Origin: Candidatus Saccharimonadales bacterium
GTDB taxonomy: Bacteria > Patescibacteriota > Saccharimonadia > Saccharimonadales > EFPC-124
DNA length: 64,000 nt
Direction of reading: 5' to 3'
NCBI GenBank assembly: GCA_035457485.1
Contig: DATIBO010000006.1
Location: 94,134-158,133 of the forward strand
Shown one piece after another: positions 53,298 through 62,993 of the stretch (within the stretch, counting starts at the first letter, position 1; each line of letters starts with the position of its first letter). Made by a program: the position numbers and the translations under genes. Below the pieces are notes generated by a model. It ran no database searches, had not been told where the DNA came from, and saw nothing but the letters and a program-made list of their open reading frames with translations.

Positions 53298-54502
53298 TGA
53301 ATGATGATCTAGCCATTGAAGTAAAAAGTGTCTATAAAAACTTTTTACTGCCTCACGAAAAGCATAAATCCATAAAATCGACGTTTACTAGTTTGTTTAG
53401 AAGCAGGCTAAACAGCAAAAAAGAGATCCAGCACGCACTTCGCGACATTAGCTTTGATGTAAAAAAGGGCGAATTTTTTGGAATTGTTGGTCGCAACGGC
53501 AGCGGTAAAAGCACAATGCTTAAAATGCTGGCCGGAATTTACCAACCAACCAAGGGCCAGGTTAGCGTGCGCGGCAAACTGGTGCCATTTATTGAGCTCG
53601 GAGTTGGTTTTAACCCAGAACTCACTGGTCGCGAGAATGTTTATTTAAATGGGGCTCTTCTTGGATTCTCTAAGTCTGAAATTGATCAGAGATATGATCG
53701 CATTGTTGATTTCGCTGAGCTCGAGAAGTTCATGGACCAAAAGCTTAAAAACTACTCGTCCGGTATGCAAGTCCGATTGGCCTTTTCGGTTGCAATTATT
53801 GCTGACGCTGATATTTTGCTGGTTGACGAAGTGTTGGCTGTGGGTGACGCGTCTTTTCAGCGTAAATGTTTTGAATATTTTCATTTACTTAAAAAGAACA
53901 AAAAAACTGTTATTTTTGTTACGCACGATATGGGTGCTGTACGCGAATATTGCGACCGTGCGATCTTGATTGACCAAAGCAAATTAGTTAAAAAGGGTAA
54001 ACCAAGCGACATTGCTGAATCTTATACTCGCCTGTTCAACGAAGAGGCCGAGGCTGCAATTAGCGAGGACAAGTCTGCGACTCGCTGGGGCAATAAAAAA
54101 GCAATTGTAGATTGGGTAAAAGTTGCCGACAAAAAATTAACTCCCGAGCAAAAGACAATTATAGTAGAGATGCAAGTTACGGCTAACCAAGATATAGAAA
54201 ACCCCGTGGTCGGTTTTTCGATCAAAGACAGCGCTGATAACCGTTTGTTTGGAACCAACACCTTTATTAAGGGTAAAAAACTCGGGCTTCTTAAGCAGGG
54301 TGAATCGTTTAAAATCACTTGGCAAGCTCCAAATATTTTAGCTGACGGCAGGCACTATGTTGATGCCACAATCGAGGAAGCTGATAAAATTACAGTTTGT
54401 GATTGGTGGGTTGAGGCGGCTCAGTTTAACAGCTTCAATCCCGAGAAAACGGCCTATCATATTACCCCGTCAATTTCTGTAAAAATTACCGGAGACAAGT
54501 AA
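53297..54502 (+). CDS. ABC transporter ATP-binding protein (Wzt/TagH-like) with C-terminal substrate-binding extension
   Basis: Walker A GRNGSGKST, signature YSSGMQVRLAF, Walker B ILLVDEVLAVGD; ~150-aa C-terminal beta-rich domain. Confidence 0.8.
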   Translation: MNDDLAIEVKSVYKNFLLPHEKHKSIKSTFTSLFRSRLNSKKEIQHALRDISFDVKKGEFFGIVGRNGSGKSTMLKMLAGIYQPTKGQVSVRGKLVPFIELGVGFNPELTGRENVYLNGALLGFSKSEIDQRYDRIVDFAELEKFMDQKLKNYSSGMQVRLAFSVAIIADADILLVDEVLAVGDASFQRKCFEYFHLLKKNKKTVIFVTHDMGAVREYCDRAILIDQSKLVKKGKPSDIAESYTRLFNEEAEAAISEDKSATRWGNKKAIVDWVKVADKKLTPEQKTIIVEMQVTANQDIENPVVGFSIKDSADNRLFGTNTFIKGKKLGLLKQGESFKITWQAPNILADGRHYVDATIEEADKITVCDWWVEAAQFNSFNPEKTAYHITPSISVKITGDK

Positions 54503-54951
54503 TGTCAGAAGATGAAAAGATTAAACGTTTAGAGTCGAGAAATTTAAAATTAGAATTTGAAATCTCTAGGCTTAACCGCGACAATGCAAGACTGCATGCA
54601 GAGATTGGATTTTTGCGGGGTCGCGGCGTTAAGCTTTTAATGCACGAGATTATCCACAAAGTTGACAGCAAAATAACCAACAACCTAAAAAAACTTAATA
54701 AGCCGAGCGTTGGTCTTGTTGCAGACGACGAGCTGAACTTAGTTGAAAAGTCACATTCAAGAGCCGATTTGCTTAAAATTGCCCAAAGTGTAGATCTAAA
54801 AGCGTACTACGTAATTCCAAAAGCAAACTTAGCTTATCGGATTCCAATGATCGCCTACAAAACTGCTTTTAATAGTTTCTTACTTGGTGGTAGGGTTTTG
54901 TGGCGAGGTTGGTCAAAGGCTAAAAAATCAGTTAAAAAAGTGGTGAAGTAA
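54502..54951 (+). CDS. hypothetical coiled-coil protein in glycopolymer operon
   Basis: N-terminal heptad region RLESRNLKLEFEISRLNRDNARLHAEI; translationally coupled both sides. Confidence 0.4.
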   Translation: MSEDEKIKRLESRNLKLEFEISRLNRDNARLHAEIGFLRGRGVKLLMHEIIHKVDSKITNNLKKLNKPSVGLVADDELNLVEKSHSRADLLKIAQSVDLKAYYVIPKANLAYRIPMIAYKTAFNSFLLGGRVLWRGWSKAKKSVKKVVK

Positions 54952-54952
54952 T

Positions 54953-57301
54953 ATGAAAAAAACGATTTTAGTTGATGCTCAAGTTTTGCAAAGTAGCGCC
55001 TGGGATAGAGGAATGGGCAAATCTACTTTTAAACTTTTAAATGCTTTGCATAAGTTTTACAAGGGTGAGATTCATTTAATTTTTAACACTAACCTTCCTA
55101 AAAATCCGGTTATGCGTAAGCTAATTGTAAAAGAAATGCCGAATTTCGTGCAGCATGATATTGCGCTGCTGATTCCGAGCGATGTCAAAAAAGTGCATCT
55201 ACTTCAAGAGCCTAATAAGCAGTTACTTGATGAATTTGTGTTAAAAAATCAGTTTGACCCCGAAAACACAATCTTTTATATTCCAGCTTTATTTTTGTGG
55301 CCGGCTTGTTCGGTCTTCCCTAGCGGAACTATAAACACAATTTTAATGCATGATATTATTCCGCTACTTTATTCTGATAAATATTTTTCTAGCATGCGTG
55401 TCGAAGACTACTTGGCTCAATTCAAGATGATCATGCAGGCTGACCATATTTTTACAGTATCCGAATCGGTGCGCGATGATATGCTTACGCATTTGGGGAT
55501 TGAGGGCTCGCGTGTTAGTGCAATTAACGGCGCCGCTGTTATAGATGTTGAGCCAAGCAAAAGCTATGGCAAACAGTTTAAAAAACCGTTTGTTTTAATG
55601 CCGACGGGGAATGATTTACGCAAGAATAATCAGCGCTCTGCCGCCGCGTTTGCAAAATATCTAGAAAAAACTGGGCAAGATGTTGATCTTGTTACTACCT
55701 CTTTTTATACCGATTTTGAACAACAAGAGCTACGTCGCATCGTTGGTAGTATTAAATTCACCGGTAATGTCCAGGACCCCGAGTTAGTTTGGCTATTTGA
55801 AAACTGCCAAAGCGTATTGTTCGCATCTGAAAGCGAAGGTTTGGGCCTGCCGATGCTTGAGGCGGTTATGCATGGCAAGCCTGTAGTTTGCTCTGATATC
55901 CCAGTTTTTAAAGAGATTTCCCATGATGGTTTTTATTACGCCGACCCTTATAGTACAGAGAGTATCACAGTGGCGATTGAAAAAGCTCAAACGATTGGAC
56001 TAAGCGCTGAAATGAAAAAGGAATATCAGCGAATAAAAGCGGACTTTACTTGGAACAATGTCGCTCAGCGTTTTGATGCCGCGATTGCCAACTTAAAACC
56101 AGCTCGCGGAATCGTTAAGCCAAAAATTGCAATTTTAGGACCAACGCCTTCTGGATACTCCGGTCCGGGTAAAATGTTAGGACAAATGCACCCAGCGTTG
56201 AGCCGCGCCTTTGATATTGATTACTATTTGGAAGCTAGTATTGTAGATGATCGAGATATTCGTCCTAACTATTTAAAATACGTGGCGGACTGTTACCCTG
56301 TTAAGTTCTTTAACGCCAAGCGTTATCGTGAATATGACGCGGTCGTTTACCACATGGGAAATAGCGAAAATCACTTAATAATTACCCAGCACGCTTTGGC
56401 GCTGCCAGGAATTGCTATAATTCATGACACACACATGTTCAATGTTTACCGCTTTTTGCGCGAAGAAGGCGTTATGGATAAGAGGCGAGTTGAGCTAGAA
56501 GAAAAATTAAACGCTTTGGTAAAAAATGAATTAAGTAGCTATGTTACGTCTATTGCTAACTCGCAGCTAGGATTAATAGTGCATTCGGATTACGCTAAGA
56601 ACGCAGTTAATGATTTGCTTGAAGGCAAAGTTGAGCTTGTGCGCGCCGATCTCCCCTACCAAAACCCTGGCTTTAACGTGCATGAGCGCAAAGTTAACCA
56701 GATTCATATTGGCGTTGCCGGAATGTTAGCTGGAGTAAAAGGTTTGACTATGATCGAGGATTTAGCTAACGATCAACGATTTAAAAACTGCATTTTTGAT
56801 GTTTTTGGCTTTAACTTTGCTGAGGCTGGTCTGTTAGAACGGTTAGAGTCGGTGGATAATATTCGCCTGACAACGAACTTAACCGATCAGGAATATCAGA
56901 CTCGGATGCAGCATGTTGATGTTATTATAAATTTCCGTAACGAATATCGAGGCGAAAGCTCCTCTGTGACACTAGAGGCTATGCGCTTTGGAATTCCTTC
57001 GATCGTGCGAAATATCGGTTGGTATTCCGAGCTACCGGACGATTGCGTTATTAAAGTTGAATCTCAAAATCAGGTTGCCGAAGCTTTGGCGAAAATTGTA
57101 AAAGACGATAAACTGCGTGAGCAGATCGGCCTGACCGGCAAGAAGTTTATCGACGACAAGATTTTACATGAGTATTATGTTGAAAAACTTCAGCACTTGA
57201 TAGAAAAAACTAACACTAATGATACATTGTCGCGCAGTAAGCTAGCCGGCGGAATTAAAAAAGGTGAAAAACTAGAGAAGTTACTGAGCTATGAGCAATA
57301 A
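54953..57301 (+). CDS. large two-module glycosyltransferase (tandem GT4-like GT-B domains)
   Basis: Two E-x7-E-containing regions: SESEGLGLPMLEAVMHGKPVVCSDI and GESSSVTLEAMRFGIPSIVRNI. Confidence 0.6.
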   Translation: MKKTILVDAQVLQSSAWDRGMGKSTFKLLNALHKFYKGEIHLIFNTNLPKNPVMRKLIVKEMPNFVQHDIALLIPSDVKKVHLLQEPNKQLLDEFVLKNQFDPENTIFYIPALFLWPACSVFPSGTINTILMHDIIPLLYSDKYFSSMRVEDYLAQFKMIMQADHIFTVSESVRDDMLTHLGIEGSRVSAINGAAVIDVEPSKSYGKQFKKPFVLMPTGNDLRKNNQRSAAAFAKYLEKTGQDVDLVTTSFYTDFEQQELRRIVGSIKFTGNVQDPELVWLFENCQSVLFASESEGLGLPMLEAVMHGKPVVCSDIPVFKEISHDGFYYADPYSTESITVAIEKAQTIGLSAEMKKEYQRIKADFTWNNVAQRFDAAIANLKPARGIVKPKIAILGPTPSGYSGPGKMLGQMHPALSRAFDIDYYLEASIVDDRDIRPNYLKYVADCYPVKFFNAKRYREYDAVVYHMGNSENHLIITQHALALPGIAIIHDTHMFNVYRFLREEGVMDKRRVELEEKLNALVKNELSSYVTSIANSQLGLIVHSDYAKNAVNDLLEGKVELVRADLPYQNPGFNVHERKVNQIHIGVAGMLAGVKGLTMIEDLANDQRFKNCIFDVFGFNFAEAGLLERLESVDNIRLTTNLTDQEYQTRMQHVDVIINFRNEYRGESSSVTLEAMRFGIPSIVRNIGWYSELPDDCVIKVESQNQVAEALAKIVKDDKLREQIGLTGKKFIDDKILHEYYVEKLQHLIEKTNTNDTLSRSKLAGGIKKGEKLEKLLSYEQ

Positions 57302-58541
57302 AAGTACAATTTGGGTTGACCTAACTCACCTTCTTAACTGGGAGGGGCGTTTTACCGGAATTGAGCGACTTGAATATAATGTCGCAAAACATCTAGCTAA
57401 ATTACCAAGGGTAAAATTTTTCTCGTATAATCAGTCAGCGCGCGCTTTTAATGAACTACCAGCGGAAACCTTGCATATTTTTGCCGACGGCTATGGTGGA
57501 ATAAAAAAATCTAGTGCGCCCAGGAACGTTTCGCTACTCAATAAAATACTACCAATGGCTAAAAAAATTGCGCCACGTAAGGTCAGGACTTTTATTAAGA
57601 AGAACTTAATGATTAACGATGCGGCAAGTCGACTAGTTGTACCTCATCCGTTTATTGCTGGCGATACAGTTTTTGTAGCTGCTACCTTTAGCGACGTCGG
57701 TTTTTTGGATAACTTAATCGAGCTCAAAAAGAACGCTGGCGTTAAGCTGACTTACTTGGTTCATGACATAATTCCAATTGTTCGACCAAACTATGTCAAG
57801 CAATGGGATACTGATCATTTCAGTACATACTATTCTCGATTGATGCCTGCTGCCGATAAAATTCTGGCGGTTTCTAAGTCTACTAAAAATGATCTTTTGG
57901 AATTTTGCGAATCGCGTCGCATTGTTCCGCCATCGATTGAAGTTATTCACGAAGGCGGTGATTTTAACATCGTAAAAAATCCTGTTCGACCGGCTGAGCT
58001 CGGTAAAATAAAAGATTTTCTTCTTTGCGTAGGTACGTTCGAAGTCCGCAAAAATTACACAATTCTTTATTATGCCTACAAACAGGCTGTGCGCGAGGGC
58101 ATAAAGCTGCCGCCGATTGTTTTGGTTGGTCGCACCGGATGGTTGGTTAACGACATCCAACACATCATTAGCAAAGATCCGGAGGTGAAAGATCTAATTT
58201 TACACTTTGACAGTATCGACGACAAGGGTCTGGCATGGGTTTTTAAAAACTGCATGTTTACGGTGCAGCCAAGTTTTTACGAAGGTTGGGGCTTGCCAGT
58301 TGATGAATCGTTGCACTATGGCAAACTTTGCTTAAGTTCAGATGCTAGCTCTTTGCCGGAGGTGGGGCAAGATTTCACAGAATATTTCTCTCCTTTTGAT
58401 TCACGGGAGTGTATGGAAAAAATCGCATATTTCGCATCGCACCCTAGTGAAGTTAAAAAGCGCGAAGAAAAAATTGCCAAAAAATATAAACCTGTTTCTT
58501 GGCAGCAAAGCGCTCAACAGATATACGAAAAAATTAGCTAA
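57291..58541 (+). CDS. GT4 family glycosyltransferase
   Basis: PSFYEGWGLPVDESLHYGKLCLSSD motif. Confidence 0.65.
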   Translation: MSNKSTIWVDLTHLLNWEGRFTGIERLEYNVAKHLAKLPRVKFFSYNQSARAFNELPAETLHIFADGYGGIKKSSAPRNVSLLNKILPMAKKIAPRKVRTFIKKNLMINDAASRLVVPHPFIAGDTVFVAATFSDVGFLDNLIELKKNAGVKLTYLVHDIIPIVRPNYVKQWDTDHFSTYYSRLMPAADKILAVSKSTKNDLLEFCESRRIVPPSIEVIHEGGDFNIVKNPVRPAELGKIKDFLLCVGTFEVRKNYTILYYAYKQAVREGIKLPPIVLVGRTGWLVNDIQHIISKDPEVKDLILHFDSIDDKGLAWVFKNCMFTVQPSFYEGWGLPVDESLHYGKLCLSSDASSLPEVGQDFTEYFSPFDSRECMEKIAYFASHPSEVKKREEKIAKKYKPVSWQQSAQQIYEKIS

Positions 58542-59661
58542 TAAATTTACTTTTACGTAGATGACTAATCACGATTTGTGACGGTGATAGTTTTTGGTCT
58601 ACGGCTTTAAACTGATCTTTTTTAGGTGGATTGTTCAAAAAGTCGATCACCTTTTTAATGTCCAATCCAGAAAGTTGTACGTTATAGCCAAGGCCTTCTT
58701 GGCGTTCGGTTGCGAGCCGGTGGATCATCGTCGGCACACCAACAAAAAATGCATCTTCTTGTAAGCCACCACTGTCGGTAACGATGAACTCGGCATTTTT
58801 TACAATCTGCATGAAGTCAAAGTACGGTTGTTTTGGGATTCGCACGATATTTTTGCCTTGCAGGTATTTATTAAACCCGAGTGTTTTAATCTTTTCTTCG
58901 GTAGTAGAATGGTCTACGAAAACTAGCGGCAAGGCAGATTTTAAACTGTAACTGTATATGGCTTCTAAAATTTGCTTAAGCTCAGCTTTGCGCTCTAAAA
59001 GTTCGGTGCGATGTATCGATACTAAGCCGTATTTTGTAGGTAGCTTAAGTTTTTTAAAATCATTGGTTACGTAGTCTTCAGATTGATCCAACGCGTCCTT
59101 AGATGTATTTAGCTGCGTGTTAATAATCTCGCCCTTTGTGCTCTCTTTTTTAAGATCATCAACCGCACGTTTGGTTGGTGAGTAGTGTACCCGTGCAATT
59201 TTGGCAACTATTCTGCGGTCAATTTCTTCTGGGAATGGGTGCATGATTCTACCGCTGCGAAGCCCAGCCTCGACGTGGCCCACCGGCAACCCCAATGCTC
59301 GACCGAGGTAAGCCCCCACTACAGTTGTGAGTGTGTCGCCATGAACCAAAACAATGCTTTTAGTTTTATATTTTTTATCTGTTTTTTTGATAATACTTTT
59401 AATTTTGCCAAATTGTTTTGCGAAGTTGCCATGAATTGCGAGCATAGTCAGAAGCATTTGTGTCATGGTAACTACATCGCCACCCTTCCAGCCCTGAGAT
59501 AAGTAAATATCAGGCTCAATGCCAGACATTTCATGGAAGTAGCTTATTTGCTTTCTCTGTTGCGAAGTGCAAATAAGTAATTGCTGGTCGCGCGGTACGC
59601 CTTTTATAATCCCCAACATTTTAATAAGTTCAGCACTTGTTCCATAAAAGATGACTATCAT
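58534..59661 (-). CDS. wecB: UDP-N-acetylglucosamine 2-epimerase (non-hydrolysing)
   Basis: N-term IVIFYGTSAELIKM, GDTLTTV, HVEAGLRSG, final GNP-like motifs. Confidence 0.8.
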   Translation of the reverse strand: MIVIFYGTSAELIKMLGIIKGVPRDQQLLICTSQQRKQISYFHEMSGIEPDIYLSQGWKGGDVVTMTQMLLTMLAIHGNFAKQFGKIKSIIKKTDKKYKTKSIVLVHGDTLTTVVGAYLGRALGLPVGHVEAGLRSGRIMHPFPEEIDRRIVAKIARVHYSPTKRAVDDLKKESTKGEIINTQLNTSKDALDQSEDYVTNDFKKLKLPTKYGLVSIHRTELLERKAELKQILEAIYSYSLKSALPLVFVDHSTTEEKIKTLGFNKYLQGKNIVRIPKQPYFDFMQIVKNAEFIVTDSGGLQEDAFFVGVPTMIHRLATERQEGLGYNVQLSGLDIKKVIDFLNNPPKKDQFKAVDQKLSPSQIVISHLRKSKFIS

Positions 59662-59710
59662 GTATATAGTTTACCAATTTTTGCAATATATTGCATGATA
59701 TACTTAAAAC

Positions 59711-61012
59711 ATGAAAATTAGCGTAATTGGAACGGGCTATGTTGGTTTAGTTACCGGAACTTGCTTGGCTGAGGTCGGTCACGACGTTACTTGCGTTGAT
59801 ATAGATGAAACAAAAATATCAAATCTAAAAAAAGGGATCATCCCAATCTACGAGCCTGGTTTATCTGAACTAGTTTTAAAAAACTTTGAGTCGGGTAGCC
59901 TAAAATTTACAAACCAAAGCCCAGGAGTCAAAGATCCTGAGGCGATCATTTTTGCTCTGCCTACTCCACCAAATGGTGATGGCGAAGCTGACTTAAGCTA
60001 TCTTTTGGGTGCAATTACTCATATTGCGCCGCAACTCAAGAAATATACTGTCTTGGTCAATAAAAGTACGGTGCCGGTGGGAACGGCTGCAAAAGTCACA
60101 GAGCTTGCGGGGAGTTTAACTAAAACTCCGTTCGATGTCGTATCTAATCCGGAGTTTTTAAAAGAGGGCTTTGCGGTAGAAGATTTTATGAAGTCAGATC
60201 GAATCGTAATTGGAAGCTCATCGCCAAAGGCAGTAAAGGTTATGCAACGGCTTTATGCTCCGTTCGCACAACAAGGTGTGCCAATTATTGTTATGGATGA
60301 AGCGTCATCGGAAATGACAAAATATGCCGCGAACTCGTTTTTGGCTACCAAGATCAGTTTTATGAACGAGATCGCCAATATTTGTGAGTTAACTGGAGCA
60401 AACGTAGAAGATGTGCGCCGAGGAATTGGCATTGATCCGCGAATAGGCGGCAGTTTTTTGCGGGCTGGCATTGGCTATGGTGGAAGCTGTTTTCCTAAAG
60501 ATGTTTTGGCGTTGCATACAAGTTCGCAACTGCATGATTATGACTTTAAAATTCTTGAAGCAGTCATGCAGGTGAACGAGCGACAACGCGATATATTTTG
60601 CGACAAAGTTGCGAAGTACATAGGAGACTTAAAAGGTAAAAAACTTGCGGTTTGGGGGTTGTCTTTCAAACCCAACACCGATGATATTCGTGAATCTCCA
60701 CCGCTCGGAATTATTTCTCGCCTACTTGGGTTGGGTGCGAATATCGTAGCTTATGATCCTGAGGCGGCTGAGAATGTTAAGAAAATTTTAGGCGATAAAA
60801 TAATTTACGCAAAAACTGCGATTGAAGCCACAAAAAATGCCGATGCTTTATTATTGCTGACTGAATGGGACGAATTTGTAACTGCCGACCTTAAACAGGT
60901 AGCGTTAAGTTTAAAAAACAAACTAATAGTAGATGGGCGCAACGCGTATAACTCCCAAGACGTTAAAAACGCAGGCATAAAATACGTCAGTGTTGGAAGA
61001 AAGGTGATGTAA
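59711..61012 (+). CDS. ugd: UDP-glucose 6-dehydrogenase (nucleotide-sugar dehydrogenase)
   Basis: Rossmann GTGYVGL, catalytic GGSCFPKD, close pattern match to Ugd. Confidence 0.85.
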   Translation: MKISVIGTGYVGLVTGTCLAEVGHDVTCVDIDETKISNLKKGIIPIYEPGLSELVLKNFESGSLKFTNQSPGVKDPEAIIFALPTPPNGDGEADLSYLLGAITHIAPQLKKYTVLVNKSTVPVGTAAKVTELAGSLTKTPFDVVSNPEFLKEGFAVEDFMKSDRIVIGSSSPKAVKVMQRLYAPFAQQGVPIIVMDEASSEMTKYAANSFLATKISFMNEIANICELTGANVEDVRRGIGIDPRIGGSFLRAGIGYGGSCFPKDVLALHTSSQLHDYDFKILEAVMQVNERQRDIFCDKVAKYIGDLKGKKLAVWGLSFKPNTDDIRESPPLGIISRLLGLGANIVAYDPEAAENVKKILGDKIIYAKTAIEATKNADALLLLTEWDEFVTADLKQVALSLKNKLIVDGRNAYNSQDVKNAGIKYVSVGRKVM

Positions 61013-61959
61013 TGAAAACTGTTTTAGTGGCGGGAGGGGCTGGATTTTTAGGCACTAATCTATGTGCGGCATTGCTCGATAAAAATTACAAAGTTGTTTG
61101 CGCCGACAATCTTTGTACCGGGCGCGAAAAAAATATTAAAGATTTAAAAACCAACAAGAATTTTGAATTTTTAAATTGTGATATTACAAAGGCATTACCA
61201 CCTGCGATAACGTCGCAAAAATACGAATACATTTTAAATTTGGCTAGCCCGGCGAGTCCACCAAAATATGTTGAGCTCGCCATAGAGACTTTGATGGTCG
61301 GGTCGGTCGGAACTAAAGCTTTGCTTGATCTGGCCCTAAGCAATAAAGCGCGCTATGTTCACACTTCGACTAGCGAAGTTTATGGTGATCCGCTAGTGCA
61401 CCCGCAACCTGAAAGCTACTGGGGTAATGTTAATTCGTACGGCAATAGATCAATGTACGATGAATCCAAACGCTTTAGCGAGGCATTAATTTGGGTTTAT
61501 AGAAACCAAAAAAACCTAAATACCGGAATTGTACGAATTTTTAACACCTATGGACCACATATGGATCCACAAGATGGCAGGGTTGTTTCTAACTTTATAA
61601 TCCAGGCGCTAAAAGGAGATCCAATAACACTTTATGGCGAAGGCCAACAGACTCGCAGTTTTTGCTACGTAGACGATCAGGTAGCAGGGATAATTGCGTT
61701 GATGGAGAGCGATGTCGAAGGTCCTGTAAATGTTGGAAATCCAGATGAGTTTACAGTCAAAGAGTTGGCTGACGAAGTTTTAAAGCAGACTGGCAGTAAA
61801 TCTAAAATGGTTCATATGCCCTTGCCGCCCGACGATCCGACACGCAGACAACCTAATATTGAGCTGGCAAAAAAGCTGCTTAATTGGCAACCAAAAGTTA
61901 ATCTACAACAAGGCTTAAAACCGACCATAGTCTATTTTAAAGGTGAGCTTGGGGTCTAG
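61012..61959 (+). CDS. UDP-glucuronate decarboxylase (UDP-xylose synthase-like SDR)
   Basis: GGAGFLG Rossmann, catalytic TSEVY...K region, NTYGP, SNFIIQAL pattern of UXS family. Confidence 0.72.
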   Translation: MKTVLVAGGAGFLGTNLCAALLDKNYKVVCADNLCTGREKNIKDLKTNKNFEFLNCDITKALPPAITSQKYEYILNLASPASPPKYVELAIETLMVGSVGTKALLDLALSNKARYVHTSTSEVYGDPLVHPQPESYWGNVNSYGNRSMYDESKRFSEALIWVYRNQKNLNTGIVRIFNTYGPHMDPQDGRVVSNFIIQALKGDPITLYGEGQQTRSFCYVDDQVAGIIALMESDVEGPVNVGNPDEFTVKELADEVLKQTGSKSKMVHMPLPPDDPTRRQPNIELAKKLLNWQPKVNLQQGLKPTIVYFKGELGV

Positions 61960-62915
61960 TTTTTAGTAATTTGACGAACAACGTAAAGCGGACGACCCTG
62001 GCTCTCGTTTAAGACGCGCGCGATATAAACGCCGATGAGGCCTTGTGCGGCCAAAACCATGCCAACTAAAAACAGAATTACAAAACCAAGAACTGCGGTT
62101 CCGGTAATGTGCAGCCGCATAGGATCACCTAAAATTACCTGTTCGATTAGCCAAAAAAGTCCGGCACCAGTGCCCAAAAAGATAAACAAAAGCCCCACGT
62201 ACCCCGAAATGTAAAGCGGTACGGCACTTAGCGACACGAAGGAGTTAATTGCCGTTTTAGTAAGTTTTTTAAAATTGTAGCTGGCTTTGCCGAACTTGCG
62301 TTCGTTGGCGTCAAAATAAACGTAATCACGGCGATAGCCTAGCCAGTCGATTAAGCCACGTGCAATGCGGTCGTTTTCTTTAAACTTATTAAATTCGTCT
62401 ATGACCTTGCGGTCAACCAGTCTGAAGTCGGTTGATTTTGGTACGACTTCTCTTTCTGATATTTGGCGGGTAATTGAGTAATAAGCCTTTGATCCGTAGC
62501 GTTTTACAAATCCTTCTTTTTGGTTTTTGTCGCGCACACCAATTACTACATCGGCGCCCCTTTGCCATTTTTCTATAAATTTGCCAATTAGTTCAACTGG
62601 GTATTGACCATCGGCATCGACAAAAATTGCTCCGTCGCCTTTACAAATTGCCAGACCGGCACTAAGGGCTGCCTCTTTGCCGAAGTTGCGCGAAAATTCG
62701 ATTATCTGGACGCTGATTTTTTCTTGCGGCTTAAGGCTCTGTAGAACTTCTTGAGACTTATCAACGCTGCCGTCATTAACGTAAATTACCTCAAAACTGT
62801 GAGGTTTAAGAGATTTTAAAGATTTGATTAAAGTTTCGTGTAGCCAAACTAGGCCATCTTGCTCATCTTTTACTGGGATGATAACGCTAATAAGTTTAGA
62901 TTGTTCGCTTTTCAC
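61956..62915 (-). CDS. GT2 polyprenyl-phosphate glycosyltransferase (ArnC/GtrB/DPM1-like) with C-terminal TM helices
   Basis: SVIIPVKDE, YVNDGSVD, VDADGQ (DxD); two C-terminal TM helices. Confidence 0.75.
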   Translation of the reverse strand: MKSEQSKLISVIIPVKDEQDGLVWLHETLIKSLKSLKPHSFEVIYVNDGSVDKSQEVLQSLKPQEKISVQIIEFSRNFGKEAALSAGLAICKGDGAIFVDADGQYPVELIGKFIEKWQRGADVVIGVRDKNQKEGFVKRYGSKAYYSITRQISEREVVPKSTDFRLVDRKVIDEFNKFKENDRIARGLIDWLGYRRDYVYFDANERKFGKASYNFKKLTKTAINSFVSLSAVPLYISGYVGLLFIFLGTGAGLFWLIEQVILGDPMRLHITGTAVLGFVILFLVGMVLAAQGLIGVYIARVLNESQGRPLYVVRQITKN

Positions 62916-62993
62916 TTTAAACTCCTACTTTTTACATAATAACAGCAACTTTGCAAACCTGCGAGCTTTAACTTCTGTGCTAAGATATAAAAT